This document shows positions 36,212-37,975 of a stretch of 37,975 bases of DNA, one piece after another. Numbering within the stretch: the first letter of the stretch is position 1; each line of letters begins with the position of its first letter. The stretch comes from Clostridia bacterium (GTDB taxonomy: Bacteria > Bacillota > Clostridia > Oscillospirales > CAG-272), in contig JAFSSR010000023.1 in NCBI GenBank assembly GCA_017450885.1, positions 1-37,975 on the forward strand, given 5' to 3'. The notes beneath the pieces were generated by a model. The model was not told where the DNA came from and did not search any database. It saw nothing but the letters and a program-made list of their open reading frames with translations. Made by a program: the position numbers and the translations under genes.

Positions 36212-37585
36212 ATGAAAAAACTGATATGCTTATTCATCGCTTTACTGATGATTGCCGGACTGTGCGCCTGCAGCGCGGCGAAAAGCGAGTCGTCAGTAGA
36301 CGCTGACCCGGCGGAAAAGCCCGCCTCCCTCGAGCCGACCGACATAAAAGGCTCCGGCGCGGACGGGGAAGAAGCCGAGCCGAGCGCCGCAAAGGATATG
36401 TTTGCTTCGAAGGCGGAAGATATCGCTCCCGAAGGCGGGGCGAAGAGCGCGGAACGCGACGACGGCGGATACGCGGTGATCGACGATCCGGTCGTCCCGA
36501 GCTCTCCCGATATCGCCGCGGACTTCGGCGGAGAGGACGGAGGCGTCCCGGGCGACGAGCCGCCAGCGGACACGACTCCCATCGAGGCGGGGACCCTTAC
36601 CGCCGGCGAGTGGAAGGACAACGACAACTACGATTTCTGGCGTAAGGTGCTTGCGCGCGAAGAATGGGCGGGTCTCGCAAGGCTCTGGAAGATGGACGTG
36701 ACCAAGCGCTTCGCGGTGACGGTATCGGACGGTCAGAACACCGCGAAGAACGCCGCGGTAGAATTGCTCGACGCCGAAGGGAACGTGATATCCCGCGCCG
36801 TGACCGACTCCTACGGCAAGGCTTATCTGTATTACGATATCGACTCGGCGGGGAAGGTCCCGGCGGCGGTATCGGTCGGCGGCGCGCAGCATGAGATCAC
36901 CGCGGATCAGCTCGCGGCGGGAGGCGCGACCGTCTCCGGCGCGGGCGAGCGCTATACCAAGCTCGACCTTATGTTCACCACCGATACGACCGGCTCCATG
37001 ACCGACGAGCTCGAATACCTGAAGAAGGAGATGGGCAGCGTCATTGAGCGTGTCGCCGGCGAAAACGACGGACTTGACATACGCCTGTCGGTCAACTTCT
37101 ACCGCGACGAAGGCGATGAGTACGTCGTGCGCAGCTTCGCCTTCAGCGGCGATATAGAAGAGGTCATCCGTCAGCTCGATCAGCAGTTCAGCGACGGCGG
37201 CGGCGACTACCCCGAGGCGGTCCACACCGCGCTCGATGATTCTGTAAACGGTCACGACTGGCGCGACGACGCGGTCAAGCTGCTCTTCCTCACCCTCGAC
37301 GCTCCCGGACACAGCGACGCGGCGGGCGTGCCTGAAAGCGTGCGCGCGTCTGTCGTCGCCGCGGCGGCGAAGGGCATCCGCATAATCCCCGTGGCGGCGA
37401 GCGGCGTCGATACCGAGACGGAATTCATGCTCCGCGCCATGGCGTGCGCCACCGGCGGGACCTACATCTTCCTCACCGATCATTCCGGCGTGGGCGAGAG
37501 CCACCTTGAGCCTACCATCGGCGATTACAACGTGAAAAAGCTGAACGATCTGCTTGTCAAGGTCATAAGCGAGTATTGCAAGTAA
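36212..37585 (+). CDS. secreted/lipoprotein with von Willebrand factor type A (vWA) domain (MIDAS DxTxS variant DTTGS)
   Basis: Signal peptide with a Cys-containing lipobox-like LMIAGLCAC, and an acidic low-complexity linker. The vWA core reads LDLMFTTDTTGSMTDELEYLK...IRIIPVAASG. Confidence 0.75.
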   Translation: MKKLICLFIALLMIAGLCACSAAKSESSVDADPAEKPASLEPTDIKGSGADGEEAEPSAAKDMFASKAEDIAPEGGAKSAERDDGGYAVIDDPVVPSSPDIAADFGGEDGGVPGDEPPADTTPIEAGTLTAGEWKDNDNYDFWRKVLAREEWAGLARLWKMDVTKRFAVTVSDGQNTAKNAAVELLDAEGNVISRAVTDSYGKAYLYYDIDSAGKVPAAVSVGGAQHEITADQLAAGGATVSGAGERYTKLDLMFTTDTTGSMTDELEYLKKEMGSVIERVAGENDGLDIRLSVNFYRDEGDEYVVRSFAFSGDIEEVIRQLDQQFSDGGGDYPEAVHTALDDSVNGHDWRDDAVKLLFLTLDAPGHSDAAGVPESVRASVVAAAAKGIRIIPVAASGVDTETEFMLRAMACATGGTYIFLTDHSGVGESHLEPTIGDYNVKKLNDLLVKVISEYCK

Positions 37586-37604
37586 GCCGCGGAGTGTCGG
37601 CGGA

Positions 37605-37630
37605 GAAGTTCAAAGGACGAAGTTCAAAGA
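37605..37630. repeat. direct repeat GAAGTTCAAAG x2 (period 15)
   Basis: The two copies lie at 37605-37615 and 37620-37630. Confidence 0.6.
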
Positions 37631-37716
37631 CGTGTCGCCAGTCGCCGGCGTGGCCGGACCAAAATATCCGCAGTATGCTCGGAGCGTACGTGTCGCTTGT
37701 ATGCACGCTCCGCCGC

Positions 37717-37793
37717 GCGACGCGGCAATCCGTTCCGAAATAATTAGGAATTAGGAATGAGGAATGAGGAATTGCGGTGTCGCCTGCGGCGAC
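37717..37793. repeat. module set shared with the 4791-5621 cluster: GCGACGCGGCAATCCGTT (37717-37734), heptamer tandem ATTAGGA/ATGAGGA x4 (37743-37770), and a GGTGTCGCC-TGC-GGCGACGAA hairpin (37779-37793)
   Basis: The order (heptamer repeats then GGTGTCGCCNNNGGCGACG hairpin) matches 5331-5392. GCGACGCGGCAATCCGTT matches 4932-4953. Confidence 0.7.
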
Positions 37794-37833
37794 GAATAAT
37801 TCGGAAAAGTAAGGCGCTGTAACTCCGTTTCCG

Positions 37834-37975
37834 CACCCAAACGCTGTCATTGCGAGGACCGGCGGGGCGCCGGAGCCGAAACGTGTATATCGACTCGTGC
37901 GAACACAAACGCCCGGTATGATATTCGAAGCGCCTTATTAACAACAAGCACCCAAACGCTGTCATTGCGAGGAGT
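37834..37975. repeat. two direct copies of CACCCAAACGCTGTCATTGCGAGGA (37834-37858, 37949-37974; 115-bp spacing), same motif as 4908-4930 and reverse-complement at 5166-5189; cluster continues past window end
   Basis: Exact 25/25 identity between the two copies. The window is truncated inside the second copy. Confidence 0.75.

Overview
This ~38 kb window is a chromosomal segment from a high-GC, low-GC-third-position-biased Gram-positive anaerobe; gene content (DapL-type lysine pathway, TrkAH, SecA with C-terminal zinc finger, flotillin) points to Clostridia, but that placement is inference. Housekeeping genes run in this order: ptsI (5' truncated), a three-gene operon of unknown function, a flotillin, trmL translationally coupled to a 522-aa unknown protein, secA, mgsA, then a CorC/HlyC transporter, a NahK-like sugar-1-kinase with an SDR, dapB-dapF-dapL, trkA-trkH, a lipoprotein, a membrane-anchored PstS-like binding protein with a metallophosphoesterase, and a vWA lipoprotein. 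An ~11.2 kb minus-strand Wzx/Wzy-type polysaccharide locus sits between mgsA and the CorC gene (11334-22482). It has four GT4 glycosyltransferases, a Wzy-like polymerase, a Wzx flippase, a WbpP/TviC-like epimerase and a pyruvyltransferase-ferredoxin-FrhB fusion, and is driven by a perfect consensus sigma-A promoter. No priming phosphoglycosyltransferase or chain-length regulator is present. The most unusual content is non-coding. Two long intergenic regions (4791-5621, between convergent genes; and 37586 to the window end) are assembled from shared short sequence modules. These include a GTCGCC-NNN-GGCGAC hairpin family, heptamer micro-tandem repeats, a CAAACGCTGTCATTGCGAGGA motif in both orientations, inverted G-rich and C-rich arms, and a four-unit array in which an invariant CGAGATT linker alternates with hairpins of different sequence but perfect complementarity. 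That last array shows compensatory covariation and therefore points to selection on structure. I could not assign these modules to a known repeat class (REP/BIME, MITE, CRISPR, attC) from sequence alone. Many long antisense ORFs in the six-frame track are GC-driven artefacts and are not called.
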